DNA from: Macrostomum lignano
Lineage: Eukaryota
Length of the DNA stretch: 64,000 bases
Reading direction: 5' to 3'
Assembly (NCBI GenBank): GCA_002269645.1
Contig: NIVC01000543.1
Coordinates: 124,001 to 188,000 of the forward strand
Made by a program: the position numbers and the translations under genes. This document shows positions 12,475-29,279 of the stretch, one piece after another; position 1 is the stretch's first letter; every line of letters begins with the position of its first letter. The notes below the pieces were generated by a model. That model worked only from the letters and a program-made list of their open reading frames with translations, searched no databases and was not told where the DNA came from.

Positions 12475-13205
12475 TCTTCAACTCTCATCTCTCTCTTCTT
12501 CTCTACCTTGCCTCCCCTCTTCTCTCTCTCCCCCCCTTCTCCCTCTTCTCTCTCCTCTCATTTTTACTCTCCTCTCTTCTCCCCTCTTCTTTCTCCACTT
12601 TTCTCTCTACCCTTTCTCCTCAATGCCCTCTTCTCAACTTTTATCTTCAGAAAAAATGTGTGCATATTTTCTTACTTCAAAGTAAAGGGAATAGAAGATT
12701 GGAGATAAGCAAACAGAGGAGAGGCGAGCGATGCGATGGGAGAAAAGATAGAAGAGGAGAGAAAAGCCGAGTGAGGAGAGAGATGAGAGAGAAGAGGAGA
12801 TGAGAGGAAAGAGGAAAGATAAGATGATGGATGAGATCAGAAAAGAGAGGAAAGAGGAAAGAGGAGAGAAGAAATGAGAGGAGAGAGTAGACCGAGAGAA
12901 GAGAGGATAAAGAGATGAGAGGAGAGAGTAGACCGAGAGAAGAGAGGATAAAGAGATGAGAGGAGAGTGAAGAGAGGATAGATAAGATGAGAGAGTGGAG
13001 TGGAGAGAGACGAGGAGAGATAAGATGAGAGAGTAGAGTGAAGTGGAGAGAGACGAGAGGAGAGGAGAGATAAGAATGTAGAGAGGAGACAGAAGAGATA
13101 AGAGAGGAGGAAAGAGAGGAGAGAGGAGAGGAAAGAGAGAAGGGATGAGGGATGAGAGAGAAAAGAAAAAGAGGATGAGAAGATAGAAAATTGAGGAAAG
13201 GAGAG
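12475..13205. repeat. Low-complexity CT-rich tract followed by GA-rich tract
   Basis: 12475-12640 is almost all pyrimidine; 12700-13205 is almost all purine. Confidence 0.85.
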
Positions 13206-14523
13206 AATTTACAAAGGCCTCAAATCTTAATTTAACATGCATTTACTCCCATCTTTGTTTGCCTTTTTCCTAACTGACAACTAGAAAGAATCCCCCAGAT
13301 AGCAAACATCTCAAAACACTAAGCATCCTTAGATAGAAGGAATCCCTAGATAGCTAGCACCTTTTTTCTAGATAGCAAATATCCCCCTATCCCCCCTATC
13401 CCAAGAACAAGCATTGACCTTGATAACAAGCCCCAAATAGCAAGCATCCCTCAAATAGCAAGCATCTTCCAAATAGAAAGTATCCCTTAGATAGCAAATA
13501 TCTCTAAATAACAAGCATCTACTATATGGCAAATAGCTAATGCAATTATTTCCTTAGATAAAGCATTATAATCACTTTCTTAAATATTGCAATAATTCAT
13601 ATCTTAATTGATGAATAATCCTTTTCTAAGCTAATGAAATAATCCTTTCTTTAGCTAATGCAATAATCTTTTACTTTAAAAGTATTACTAAAGGTATTAC
13701 CTAAGTAGCAATGGCACCATAGAAACTTATCTAGGTCTAGGTGGATATTAAATAGGGCCTTAGATTTGCCATGCATGGCCCTGAACTAGGCTTATGCTAG
13801 TAGGTGCTATAGGGTATTTAGATCCAGCCATGATCTAGAAAAGTTGTTGCTCAAGATTGACAATCAAAATTGTTCAAAAAAGCAAGCAAGGTAAGAAATC
13901 ACTTAGAATCTTAGTTTTTCCTACCTTAATCCCCTTTAAAAAATAGGGAGCAGGTTTTTGCAATAGATATAGCCTTTAGCTATCTCAAACTAGTAACCAT
14001 AGACATAAAATTGACACATTACCATGTCTTACACTTGTGTAAGTTCAAATATTTATTTATAATAATAAAATAAAAAAAGTTACAATTTTTTAAAATAAAT
14101 AAATGTGTAAAGCTAGAAGATTGACTGCAATAATTCTTTTTTAGCCAGCATAGTAATCCATCTTATTTAGCTAGTACAATAACTCTTAGTTAGTACAATA
14201 ATTAGTATCTTACTTCTTAGCTAATGCAATAATATATTTTTAGCTAATACAATATTTCTTATCCCAGCTAATATAATAATCAACTTTGTAGCCAATGCAA
14301 TATTTTTAGCTAATGCAATAATCAATTTCTTAGGCCTAGCTAATGGAAAATTTTTTAAGCCAATATAATACTTTTTAAGAAAATATAATAATCTTTCTTT
14401 ATAATAAATCTTTAATCAGAAAATTTTAATAAAAATTACCATGTCGAGGCTTGCAGGGAATCGCTATAATGCTGTAGTAGTGCTATTATGACTCTTAGAG
14501 AGAATTACTGAAATTTCAATGCT

Positions 14524-14579
14524 TTAGGGTTAGGTTAAGGTTAGGGTTAGGGTTAGGGTTAGGCTAGGGTTAGGGTTAG
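14524..14579 (+). repeat. Interstitial telomere-like (TTAGGG)n, about 9 degenerate copies
   Basis: TTAGGGTTAGGTTAAGGTTAGGGTTAGGGTTAGGGTTAGGCTAGGGTTAGGG read directly. Confidence 0.8.
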
Positions 14580-15417
14580 AAGGTTGACAGATATTTTTAG
14601 ATTTCCAAGGCTTATTGGGGGCATTGCTGAGATGTCAAGGGGGGAAGTTGATATGTTAAAGCTTGTGGGGGTCTTATTGACATGTCAAGGCTTACAAGGT
14701 TTGATAGGAGATTTTTTAAGATTTCAAGGATATATATGTAGCTTATTAAAAAAACGTGTATTGCATTTCTTTGGCTCCCCAATGGGGGGCGTAGATTGCT
14801 AGTTACCATTGCTAAGAATTAAACCCAGGTTGCTGCATTAGCAATTCAGTTTATTATATCCAGGCTAGCTCTCATTGAAATTTGAATTTATATAATGAAT
14901 TATGTATGGCCATAAAATTCAATACTTATGAGTTATATTAAGTTGCTTAGAGTAAAAATTGCACATATTTTTGGACCCTAAAAATAGAAAGGAATCTAAT
15001 TCTGGCAAAAAATTAATTATTTAATGAACAATTATAAACTAAAAGTTAGGCATAGTCTTCTTGTTCTTTTCAAGTTTTGGTTGATAAAATCAATTCCTAG
15101 GCCTATGAAAATCTCCTCATACTAACCTAAAACCAACCATTGTCAATGTCCCAATGTAGTGTTTGTTGGCTTTAAGCTAAATATTACATATTGTTGGTTT
15201 GAATTTAAAGCTACATAGAAATTAAGCTTACATTTTAAACGGGGACCACCAAAAAACTTTCGTAACATTAATTTACAATTACGATCAGATACTGATTAGT
15301 CTATTTATATAAAAACGGCAACTGATTTATCAACCTAAACTTGGAGTCTGTATTCTGCTAGAAGGCCAGCATGGCATAGGGACGGGGCTATTCAGCATAT
15401 ATAAGTCTAACTTACAA

Positions 15418-15678
15418 AGGCCTTTTCATATTGCTTGTTCTGGTTCCAGAACCAGAACCAATTTGTGAAGTATAACTTTTTGTCTCTATAACTAGAGGGA
15501 GATACGTGCTATAAAGTTTTTATTATTGAATGACAATCGCCAAGAAGAAAGTGAAAAATTGTGCTAAGTGAGGTTGTTAAGGCAGTCAAACATTCAACAG
15601 AATTAAATAGTTATACTGCTGTTTTTCTTGGAAGATCCGAGCCGATTCTGATTCTGGAATTGGTAATATGAAAAGCCT
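15418..15678 (+). mobile_element. About 260-bp MITE, copy 1 (PIF/Harbinger-like TIR AGGCCTTTTCATATT)
   Basis: Terminal inverted repeats with CCAGAACCAGAA subterminal motifs; an inverted, highly similar copy lies at 46255-46514. Confidence 0.8.
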
Positions 15679-16631
15679 CTATCAGTCAGTCTCAGTTTTC
15701 TAGAATTTGCATTTAATTGCGGAATAAAAAATTTACACGAATTGTGAGACCACTTAATAAAACAAATAATACTTACTTAAATACTAGTTTTTTCTGAAAA
15801 TACTTTATAAATGCTTTATTCAAATTATTTTCTATAAATTTTGTCAGAAATTTCTTTAAAAACGGATAGTAGTATAGGCATAAAGCTATAGGCTGTATCC
15901 GAACTATACTTTATCATCATTGTTAGAATCATTGCAGTGACGTTGTACTAAGCTTTGAGGATTTTCCGACCGTATGCAGTAAGCATTTTGCATTTCTGCA
16001 CGGTTTCTTTCACCTTTAAAATGCTGGCAGACGACCCCAAAAATGAGTGCAACGCAAAGAAGAACAACTTAAGACTTTTATTCGACCGGCCATGCTAACC
16101 AAGAGGACTGAGGAGAACATTCGATTGAGCACGGGCACCTGGGAGATGAGCACAAGGCGCGATGCAAAAGTAATCATCGACAATTGGCTGCTGATATGTA
16201 GGCATGCAGCACACGGCCAGTTTGGTTGCAGCACGGCCGGCTCCAGTGCCACCAAATTATCTACAGAATCTATCAGAAAGTCAGACGCGACCCCTAAGGC
16301 TAAAATTTTGTCTATGTTGCAAGTATGCAAGGCATGCAACCACCCGGCCGCTGTCTTTTGCTGGAGCAGAGACAAGTGGTGCCCTAAGGTCCAGGCTCCA
16401 GACTTACCTTAGTGACCTTAGTCGGTTAAAGACATTCGGGTATCAAGTCACTTTCGCTCTTCTGACCATGGGCCTTGAGGAATTTCGCTTCATGGGGTTG
16501 CTGCAATCCCCCCGTTAAGACTTACGGGGGGATTGCTTAGATGTCGCAAAGGCTTACGGGGGAATTGCAGCTTTTAGATGTCAAGGCATACGGAGTGAAT
16601 TATGCTGAGCTGGCGAGGCTGAGAGGTCTAT

Positions 16632-16908
<277 letters not shown>

Positions 16909-17555
16909 CATACAGTCGTAACTACATGTATTCATGCCATATATCTCGTAAATTCATACGCTGTAATGTATGACATGTGCACGTAATTTCAAAATCAAAG
17001 TACATGTACTAAAGGCACTTGTTGCGTATTAGAGTTAGACTTCGAATATGTTCGAGAAAGAAAAATGAACTGATGTATAGAGAGCTTTATGGACAGTGCA
17101 TTTTCAAGAAAGTGCATTTTCGAAAGATTGAAATACACAATTTAGATATAGCCGTGATCGTATACGAGTACAAACTAACTGATAAATGGCTCGTACGTAC
17201 AGCCGCATGCATATTAAATGGATAAGTGTGTGTACGGAGCAGCGTACATCTGTCGGTACACATGCAATTGCGAATATTCTTTTATCTATTCTTATATTCT
17301 TACTCTTGTGATCCAAAATATTTTTGCTTGTGTATGTAAGCTGCATACAATATAGCTTCTTTGCGAACAGCCCTCCTAAATAAGGCGGTAACCTGCGTCT
17401 GGCTACTAAATTAGCTCGTAGAGAATAGTACGTCGTAGCAAAGCAGCAATTCTCTAGTCAAGTCTAACCGCACCAAACCTCATTTATTTCAATTGGACGG
17501 TGGCAGCGCTGCCATGCAATGGCAGATAATTGTGACGCAAATGAGCAAAAATAGA

Positions 17556-19370
17556 AGTTGTGAACTCACTCATCAAAGCACAAGCTGACGTCAATCTCCA
17601 ACGAAACACTGGCGAGTCACCTCTCTACATTGCATCACTTTTTGGTCATCACCAAGTTGTGACCTCACTCATCAAAGCACAAGCTGACGTCAATCTTCAA
17701 CAAATCCAAGGCGGTTCACCTCTCTACATTGCAACACAGAATGGTCACCACCAAGTTGTGAACTTACTCATTAAAGCACAAGCTGACATCAATCAACAAA
17801 TAAACACTGGCGAGTCACCTCTCTACATGGCATCTGAGAATGGTCTCCATCAAGTTGTGAACTCACTCATCAAAGCACAAGCTGACGTCAGCCTTCAAGA
17901 AGATGATGGCTGCTCACCTCTGTACATTGCATCACAGAATGGTCACCACCAAGTTGTGAACTCACTTATCAAAGCACAAGCTGACGTCAATCTGCAACGA
18001 AACACTGGTGAGACACCTCTCTACATTGCATCACTTTTGGTCACCACCAAGTTGTGACCTCACTCATCAAAGCACAAGCTGACGTCAATCTGCAACGAAA
18101 CACTGGTGAGTCAGCTCTCTATATTGCATCACAGAATGGTCACCACCAAGTTGTGAACTCATTCATTAATGCACAAGCTGACGTCAATCTTCAACAAAGC
18201 CAAGGGGCTTCACCTCTGTACATTGCGTCACAAAATGGTCACCACCAAGTTGTGAACTCACTCATTAAAGCACAACCTGACATTAATCTTCAACGAAACA
18301 CTGGTGAGTCACCTCTGTACATTGCATCACAGAATGGTCACCACCAAGTTGTGAACTCACTCATCAAAGCACAAGCTCACTTCAACCTTCAAGAAGTCAA
18401 TGGCTACTCACCTCTCAACATTGCCTCAGAGAATGGTCACCTCCAAGTTGTGACCTCTCTCATCAAAGCACAAGCTGACGTCAATCATCAACGAAACACT
18501 GGCGAGTCACCTCTCTACATTGCATCACAGAATGGTCACCACCAAATTGTGAGCTCACTCATAAAAGCAAAGGCTGACGTCAATCTTCAGCAAATTCAAG
18601 GTAGTTCACCTCTGTACATTGCGTCACAGAATGGCTATCACCAAGTTGTGAACTCGCTTATCAAAGCAGAAGCTGACCTTAATCTTCAAGAAAATGTTCA
18701 TGGTTCGTCACCTCTGTACATTGCGTCACAGAATGGTCACCACCAAGTTGTGAACTCACTCATAAAAGCACAAGCTGACGTTAATCATCGACAAATCAAA
18801 GGCGGTTCACCGCTTTACGCTGCATCACAGAAAGGTCACCACCAAATTGTGAGCTCCCTCATCAAAGCACAAGCTGACGTTAATCTTCAACAAAACACTG
18901 GTGAGTCACCTCTGTACATTGCATCACAGAATGGTCACCATCAAGTTCTGAACATACTCATCAAAGCCCAAGCAGACGTCAATCTTCAACGAAACACTGG
19001 TGAGTCACCTCTCTACATTGCATCACAGAATGGTCACCACCAAGTTGTGAACTCACTCATCAAAGCACAAGCTGACGTCAATCTCCAACGAAACACTGGC
19101 GAGTCACCTCTCTATATTGCGTCACATTTTGGTCACCACCAAGTTGTGAACTCACTTATCAAAGCAAAAGCGGACGTCAATCATCGGCAAAACACTGGCG
19201 AGTCACCTCTCTATATTGCATCACAGAATGGTCACCAACAAGTTGTGAACTCACTCATCAAAGCACAAGCTGACGTCAATCTCCAACGAAACACTGGCGA
19301 GTCACCTCTGGACGCTGCATTAATGAATGATCACCATCAAATTGTGAAGTCACTTATCAAAGCAGTATCT
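17556..19370 (+). repeat. 99-bp coding tandem repeat (ankyrin array, 18 full units)
   Basis: 18 S/T-P/A-L motifs counted across the two ORFs; one unit has an extra codon (ENVHG). Confidence 0.95.
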
Positions 19371-22300
19371 GACGCCAAAATAGAATATATTGATTGTCAA
19401 GAAGTGGCTAAATCATCCGCTTTGGAAGAACCACTCGATCAGTCGGAACTTGAGAGGTACGTGCGAGTATGTGGCGTTCTTCTCGTTTAGAGTGCAGTAT
19501 AGGAGATTTTTTATTTGCATCGCTAGTATAATGTTGTTTAAAATAATTTTTCGGTTAGATTTTTTCGTGTTTGAAAAAGTTGTGCAATTTTACCAGCAAG
19601 CAGCCATAAGAGGCAGTTTTGAAAGTAGGAACAGCATACAAACAGTGTCGAAAACGAGAGCTTGCAGAACGCTGTGTCAAGATGGGTTTGACATTGCTGA
19701 TTTCAGCGCACTAGTAGGAAAAGTTCTGACTGCCCTACTTCGCTGCTTTGCCAACCAGCGAGTGGGAGGACCTGGAGGTGGGGTGGGCACACTGGAGATG
19801 GATCGGAGGCTGTGCAACTGTTCACAGATTTGCAGAAGTGAATGCAATGTAAATTTGGAGTTCAGGACCCCATCTGCCGCCATTCCCAATAATTGGGCAT
19901 TGTCAGCTAATCAGGTTACTTTCATTACATTACTTTACTTATACCACTCAGACCAAGACAGTTGGACCAAAAAAGTTCTCTCCAACCATATAACAAGACA
20001 CTCTACATGGACAGTCATGGAATTGGACCATTTTTCAGTAACAAATCATTCAGACATTCGCTCTGGACACTCAACCTATAGACATTTGCCCTTGGGTCAT
20101 GGACACTCAGCCCCGAGTCTTATACGCTTAACCCTATGGACTATCTCCGGCCCGCCCCACCCACCTCTGGTCCGCCGCCACCCCATCTCTGGCCTGCCCC
20201 ACCCCACCTCTAGGGCTCTACGAGCGTAAATCTGAAATCTAAAATCCTCGCTAAGTCAACCTTTTCCGACTCCTCATGCAATTCAAAAAGTTTCTGCATT
20301 AACAGTTTTATCTATTCAGGAGTGCTGCCCCATACTACACAAATTAGTCAATTAACCCTTCTAGAAGTGCACGTTTTCTACCAACAACTTACATTTTAGA
20401 TTCAGTCCCAGTGACTCAGAGCTGAGCGAGCAGCTGCACTCAGCACTGAAGCAGTCAGGCTTCACCGAATCCCGAGCCGCATTGCAGAGCGCGGCTGCCG
20501 ATGCCCTGCAGCAGATTCTAAGAAGTCGAATGAACGACGATGACTTTTTTGTCGTCGGCATCTACTCAGATCCTGGGGCAACAGTCTGACGACACTGGAC
20601 GGCAGAACTGACGCCAATTCCGACATTGATGTGATGTATTTGATTCCCGGCCGAGAATACCACCAGAGAGGCCTGTGCGAGTGCGATGAAGCTCCGGAGC
20701 AGCACGAGTTGGTGAACGGGCACATTCAGTGCTCAGGATTCGGTGAGTTCTCTCGGAAGTGAGATGGTCTGTTAGTTCTTTACCTGATTGCTGGAGATTC
20801 TGGCAGTGCAGATGTCTGTTTTTGGGTGTAAAGCACTGGTGCAGAAAATATCACTGTATGCGCGATTTCTGAACTCAGTAAGTAGATCTAAACAAGAACC
20901 TGACTACTATCCTTCAGTCTGAAGTAATTGCAACGCACATATGCATTTAGAGCTGTATCGAACCTGCTGAGTAGTAAATGGCTAACACCCACAGAAAGGA
21001 AAGCTATATTGGCAACATGCATTTATATGTGTCTTTTTGAGTAGTTTATAAATATGAGTAACAATTATATTTGAATTTTAATCTTTCCAAATCAGTCCAA
21101 AATATCACTCCACAGACTTAAAGTTGTATATTTGCCCAACCGGGAACCGAATCGTTTTTACAGCCTCCAATCCTGCCGATGCGGTACCCGGATTCACGCT
21201 GAGACCAGCGCTGGACAATGTCTCAGCAGGCCGTCTCTGTCGCTACCCGCCCATCGCGCCGCTGCTGCCAAACCGCGTCTCGAACATCCCCCATCCGGTG
21301 CTGGAGGCCCTTCGGAAGGTTCTCACCTCGGCCTCATTGCCCTGCCACGTGGTGCACGCAGCCTCTCCTGACCGAGGGGGCGAAGAGCTCCGCGTGAGCA
21401 CCACCTTCCTGGAGAACCGGATGCTGCGAAGTCTTACTACCCTGCAAGGTCAACTGTTTGTCACACTCAAATACCTGGTCAAGAAGGTAATCTGTCACAA
21501 GGATGGTTTCAATCAGCAAGGCTTGAAGTCCTACCACGTGAAGACCGTCACTTTCCGAATGGTGGACGAGACGCCGGTCGAGCAATGGAAGAAGGAGAAC
21601 CTCGTGAGCCTCACGAGACAGTCGCTGCAGATGCTTCTCGACTGTGTGGAGAAGAGCCGAGAGCATGACAGACAAACACCTGACACACCTGACCAATCTC
21701 GGGGCATCATGAACCATTTCTTTCTCAGCAATGCGGCCATCTACCTCAAGGGTGCAGACAAGGAGAGAGTGGACCAGTATTTGGATGGCATCATGAGCAC
21801 ACTGAGAACAGTAGTAGATCGGCTGCCACAACTTCTTCAGCAGTTCATCGGCAGTCTCAGACCTGTGAGCGACTCAGGCACATTCTACTTCCACCCGTTC
21901 CAAATCCTGCCGGATCTGAGGTCGATGCCCATCACGAAGTCCAGTGCTCTCGAGTACTATCAGATCTACGACGTGGTGAGAGAGTGTCTGATGCGTCTCT
22001 CGCGCAGTGACTGCAGCCCGCTATCTCAGGAATCGCTTACAGAGCTGATAGCCAGACTGCCAGACTGTGCCCTCTCAGCTCGGGAGGCTCTCAGAGCGCT
22101 AGCTTGCCTGAAGTTCGGCTACCGAGGAACTGCAGAGAGAGTCGTGAGCTTGTACTCAGGTCACTCGGTGAGCAGAGGCATCGCTTGGTCTCGTGGGAAG
22201 TCGGCGACTGAAGCGACAGTGGAGTTCGTGATGCGGCATCTGAGGAGCTGCGACTCGGCGTGGAAGTTCTGTTTTAAGTTCGACCAGCGACCGAAACTCG

Positions 22301-22631
22301 AATTCCTGACAGGAGCTCTGAGGGAGTGCTTTCCCCTTCAGTTGTCAGGCAGTAACTATTTCTATATGAACCTTGACGCTCTGCTATGGGCTTTGCGGCT
22401 CGAGCTGCGCGCGCCCAGGACTGGATCCGGGATGTGGCTGAGAGAGAGGACTCGGATGAGAAGGAGCTGCTGGTCGCCGCATTTTATTCTTCGAATCTGG
22501 AGCAGATTCTGGAAATATTCAAGAGACTGAAGGAAGCAGATCTTCCCAATTGGCTGAAATCGAGTCTTCAGGAAAAATGGCAGTTTCAAAGGGCTACAGG
22601 AAAGGGAAAAACTGCAGAAAGTTTTTTGTAG
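17556..22631 (+). CDS. Ankyrin-repeat (18x) plus Mab-21/cGAS-like nucleotidyltransferase (cGLR); exons <17556-19456, 20400-20742, 21164-22631; frameshifts near 18037, 20571 and 22410, so possibly a pseudogene
   Basis: 33-aa SPLYIASQNGHHQVVNSLIKAQADVN repeats. Phase-compatible joins ELE-R|FSPSD and SGF-A|SNPAD. NTase motif VVG(I)YS..WGNSL..DGRTDANSDIDVM and LDNVSA. Mab-21 motifs ELRVSTTFLENRML, LKYLVKK, LKSYHVKTVTF and MNHFFLSN. No start codon found. Confidence 0.82.
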
Positions 22632-23319
22632 TGCTTAAAAACTTTATGCTCTGGCTAAGCTGTTAATTAACTGTTTATTGACGGAGTGTTTAACATATCT
22701 CGCACGAATTTAAATTTCGGTCTAATTTAGCTACAAAAATTTAGCTCTAGTAGAGTCGAAATATAGCGCGAGTTCACACCGCGCGTTAGAAACGTCTCCC
22801 TCACGTAATCGAAAACCGCCAACTTGCAACTGCAACTGCTGCACTCGTATGTTCAGTTTTTATTGTTTTAACTATTTTGTGGCGATTAGATTATGATTCG
22901 AAGTAAAAAGCTTCAGTAAAAAACCTCAATACTCGAAAAGCCAAAAAGGATTGTACTAAAAGATCAGCCATCCAAGAACACCCGTTCCAACGTAAGATTT
23001 ATGTTGAAAAGCAACCCTCTCGATTTGTTCAAGGTGACTCATTCCTGTCGTCTTGAGCATTCTCAGCTGAATTCTTAAAGGACGGGAAAGTATTTCTTGG
23101 AGAATTTTAGAAACTACAAGTAGGTATTACGAAAATATAAATTACGGACAATAAAGATTTTTATTCTTCTCCACAAAATTTTTTATTGCTTTTGATAGGA
23201 GGGCAGACCTAATGTTTATTTTTCGATATTTCTTATAGCTCTTTCTTATAGCTCTGTTGTCATTCATGGAGCTTTTCGTTTTGAAAGTTAGGATTCTACG
23301 TTAGTTTTATTTCCTATAC

Positions 23320-23413
23320 GTACCTGTCCTGTGCCGTTCTGCGACACATTCTTTTACACAGCCGGCTGGGTCAAGCTGTGCCATCTGTATGATTCTAGGC
23401 ACAGGACATGTAC
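23320..23413. other. 94-bp element bounded by 17-bp inverted repeats (mini-MITE or hairpin)
   Basis: GTACCTGTCCTGTGCCG versus the reverse complement of AGGCACAGGACATGTAC, 2 mismatches. Confidence 0.5.
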
Positions 23414-24325
23414 TTTGCTCATCGCGTCTGCTGCCTATCAAAAGCAGTAAAATGTTTTGTGTTGAGAAGACAAAAGCCTCCATTCTCCGTAGTGTATTTT
23501 TTTCGTAAAGTCTGCCTCCTTAATTTTGTTGAATAAACATACTTCCCCGTCATTCTACTTGAGTACGTACTCGTAGTCCTTGATTGTATCTTTGTGCTTT
23601 TATCGATTTTTCGTTTTGGATCAAATTTTTTAATCATTGCGCGTGTTTCTCTGCGATCTCAGCCGTCTTAGCAAAGCTGACTGACTGTTGCGAATTCGGT
23701 GAATCAGTTGATTTTCCTAACTATATTGACAGTTTGGCATAATTTTAATAGCTAGATATCTGCATGAAGTTTTATTGTTTTAAATTGAATCCACATTCGT
23801 CAGTAGCTAGCAGAATACTTAGTGTGTGCTAACACGTATTGACTGTAGTTGAATACATAAATAGTTGCTGGTATATTTACAAGTTTATTGCATAATTTTT
23901 TAAATTTACTGCTGGTTGAAATATTGAAAAGTATTCCACTATTTACTGCATGTATGTTCCGTATTCTAGCTTCGTTCTTAAATGATATTGTGCTGCTGTC
24001 TGCTTTCACAGAAAAACAATTACGCTTTCTGTAAGAAAAACATACGAGTACGCTTGCCGAAGTTATTGCACCGAACTTGCTAGCTGTTTCTGTCTAACCA
24101 ATTAATACCTGATTTGTCTCTCTGATTTATTTTAAATGATATTAATGATAAAAGCTTCTATCAAATAGTTCAATAATTGAATTCGTCACTATGTATACCA
24201 CTGTACTACAATATTCGTTACTTAACAGAATAAAACGTTGATCCTGTCATATTTCCATTAAAAATTATTCCATTCTACCAGAAAGCGGCTTAATTTAAAA
24301 AAGAAGAAAGTTTAGACTTTTGGTT

Positions 24326-24326
<1 letters not shown>

Positions 24327-24359
<33 letters not shown>

Positions 24360-24360
24360 C

Positions 24361-24415
<55 letters not shown>

Positions 24416-24435
24416 CAGTTAGTTAGTTAGTTAGC

Positions 24436-24504
<69 letters not shown>

Positions 24505-24527
24505 GGTCAGTTAGTTAGTTAGTTAGC

Positions 24528-24599
<72 letters not shown>

Positions 24600-24600
24600 C

Positions 24601-24681
<81 letters not shown>
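24327..24681 (+). repeat. (TTAG)n microsatellite, about 88 copies
   Basis: Read directly, with occasional TCAG/CTAG variants. Confidence 0.97.
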
Positions 24682-25240
24682 TGAGCGGTGGTTATGAGAG
24701 GTCAGCTCAACCTCAAGCAGTATAATTATCTCTGCTCGCTCGCCATTCTCAGGCCAGCACATTGCTCTGCCACTGCCAGCCTTTCTGCAGAGGTGAGCGC
24801 TGTCCAGCCTCTTTGCAGTTGCCGGGGCAACCAGCAGTACTGTGCTCGGTCTGTTTTGAGTACTAAGCTAGATAGAGTTGCATTCTAGCTAGGATTGTTT
24901 ATTGTCTCTGAGGCAGAAATACGGGTAGTTAGCTCGTAGTTGAGCGGTTCGAGAGATGAGTGGTATGGGGTGCTTACGAACTCAAAGCAGTTTTCTCTTT
25001 GCCAGCTTTTATCATGCCACACTATCGCGCTGCGAGTGCTGAACTGAATGGGGCCGTTCGAGAGGAAGGTTGCGAGCGCATTGTGCACCGCGAGTGCTCT
25101 GCTTTAATAATTTTGCCTTAGGCGCAGCTTTTCTTTAGCTTCAGTATCTGCAGCAGCAGGTCAGGACAAGATTAAGAAGCCGAGGTTTTTTAAAATCATA
25201 ACCCGTCGGGATTATAGATTAAATGCATCTGCAGACCCTT

Positions 25241-29237
<3,997 letters not shown>

Positions 29238-29279
29238 CATCTGCAGACCCTTTAAATAATGCTCATAAATATTCGCAGG

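Noticed and set aside
19390-20229. 279-aa ORF next to the ankyrin array
   Set aside because: Lies mostly in intron 19457-20399 of the ANK-cGLR gene and has no protein-like motifs.
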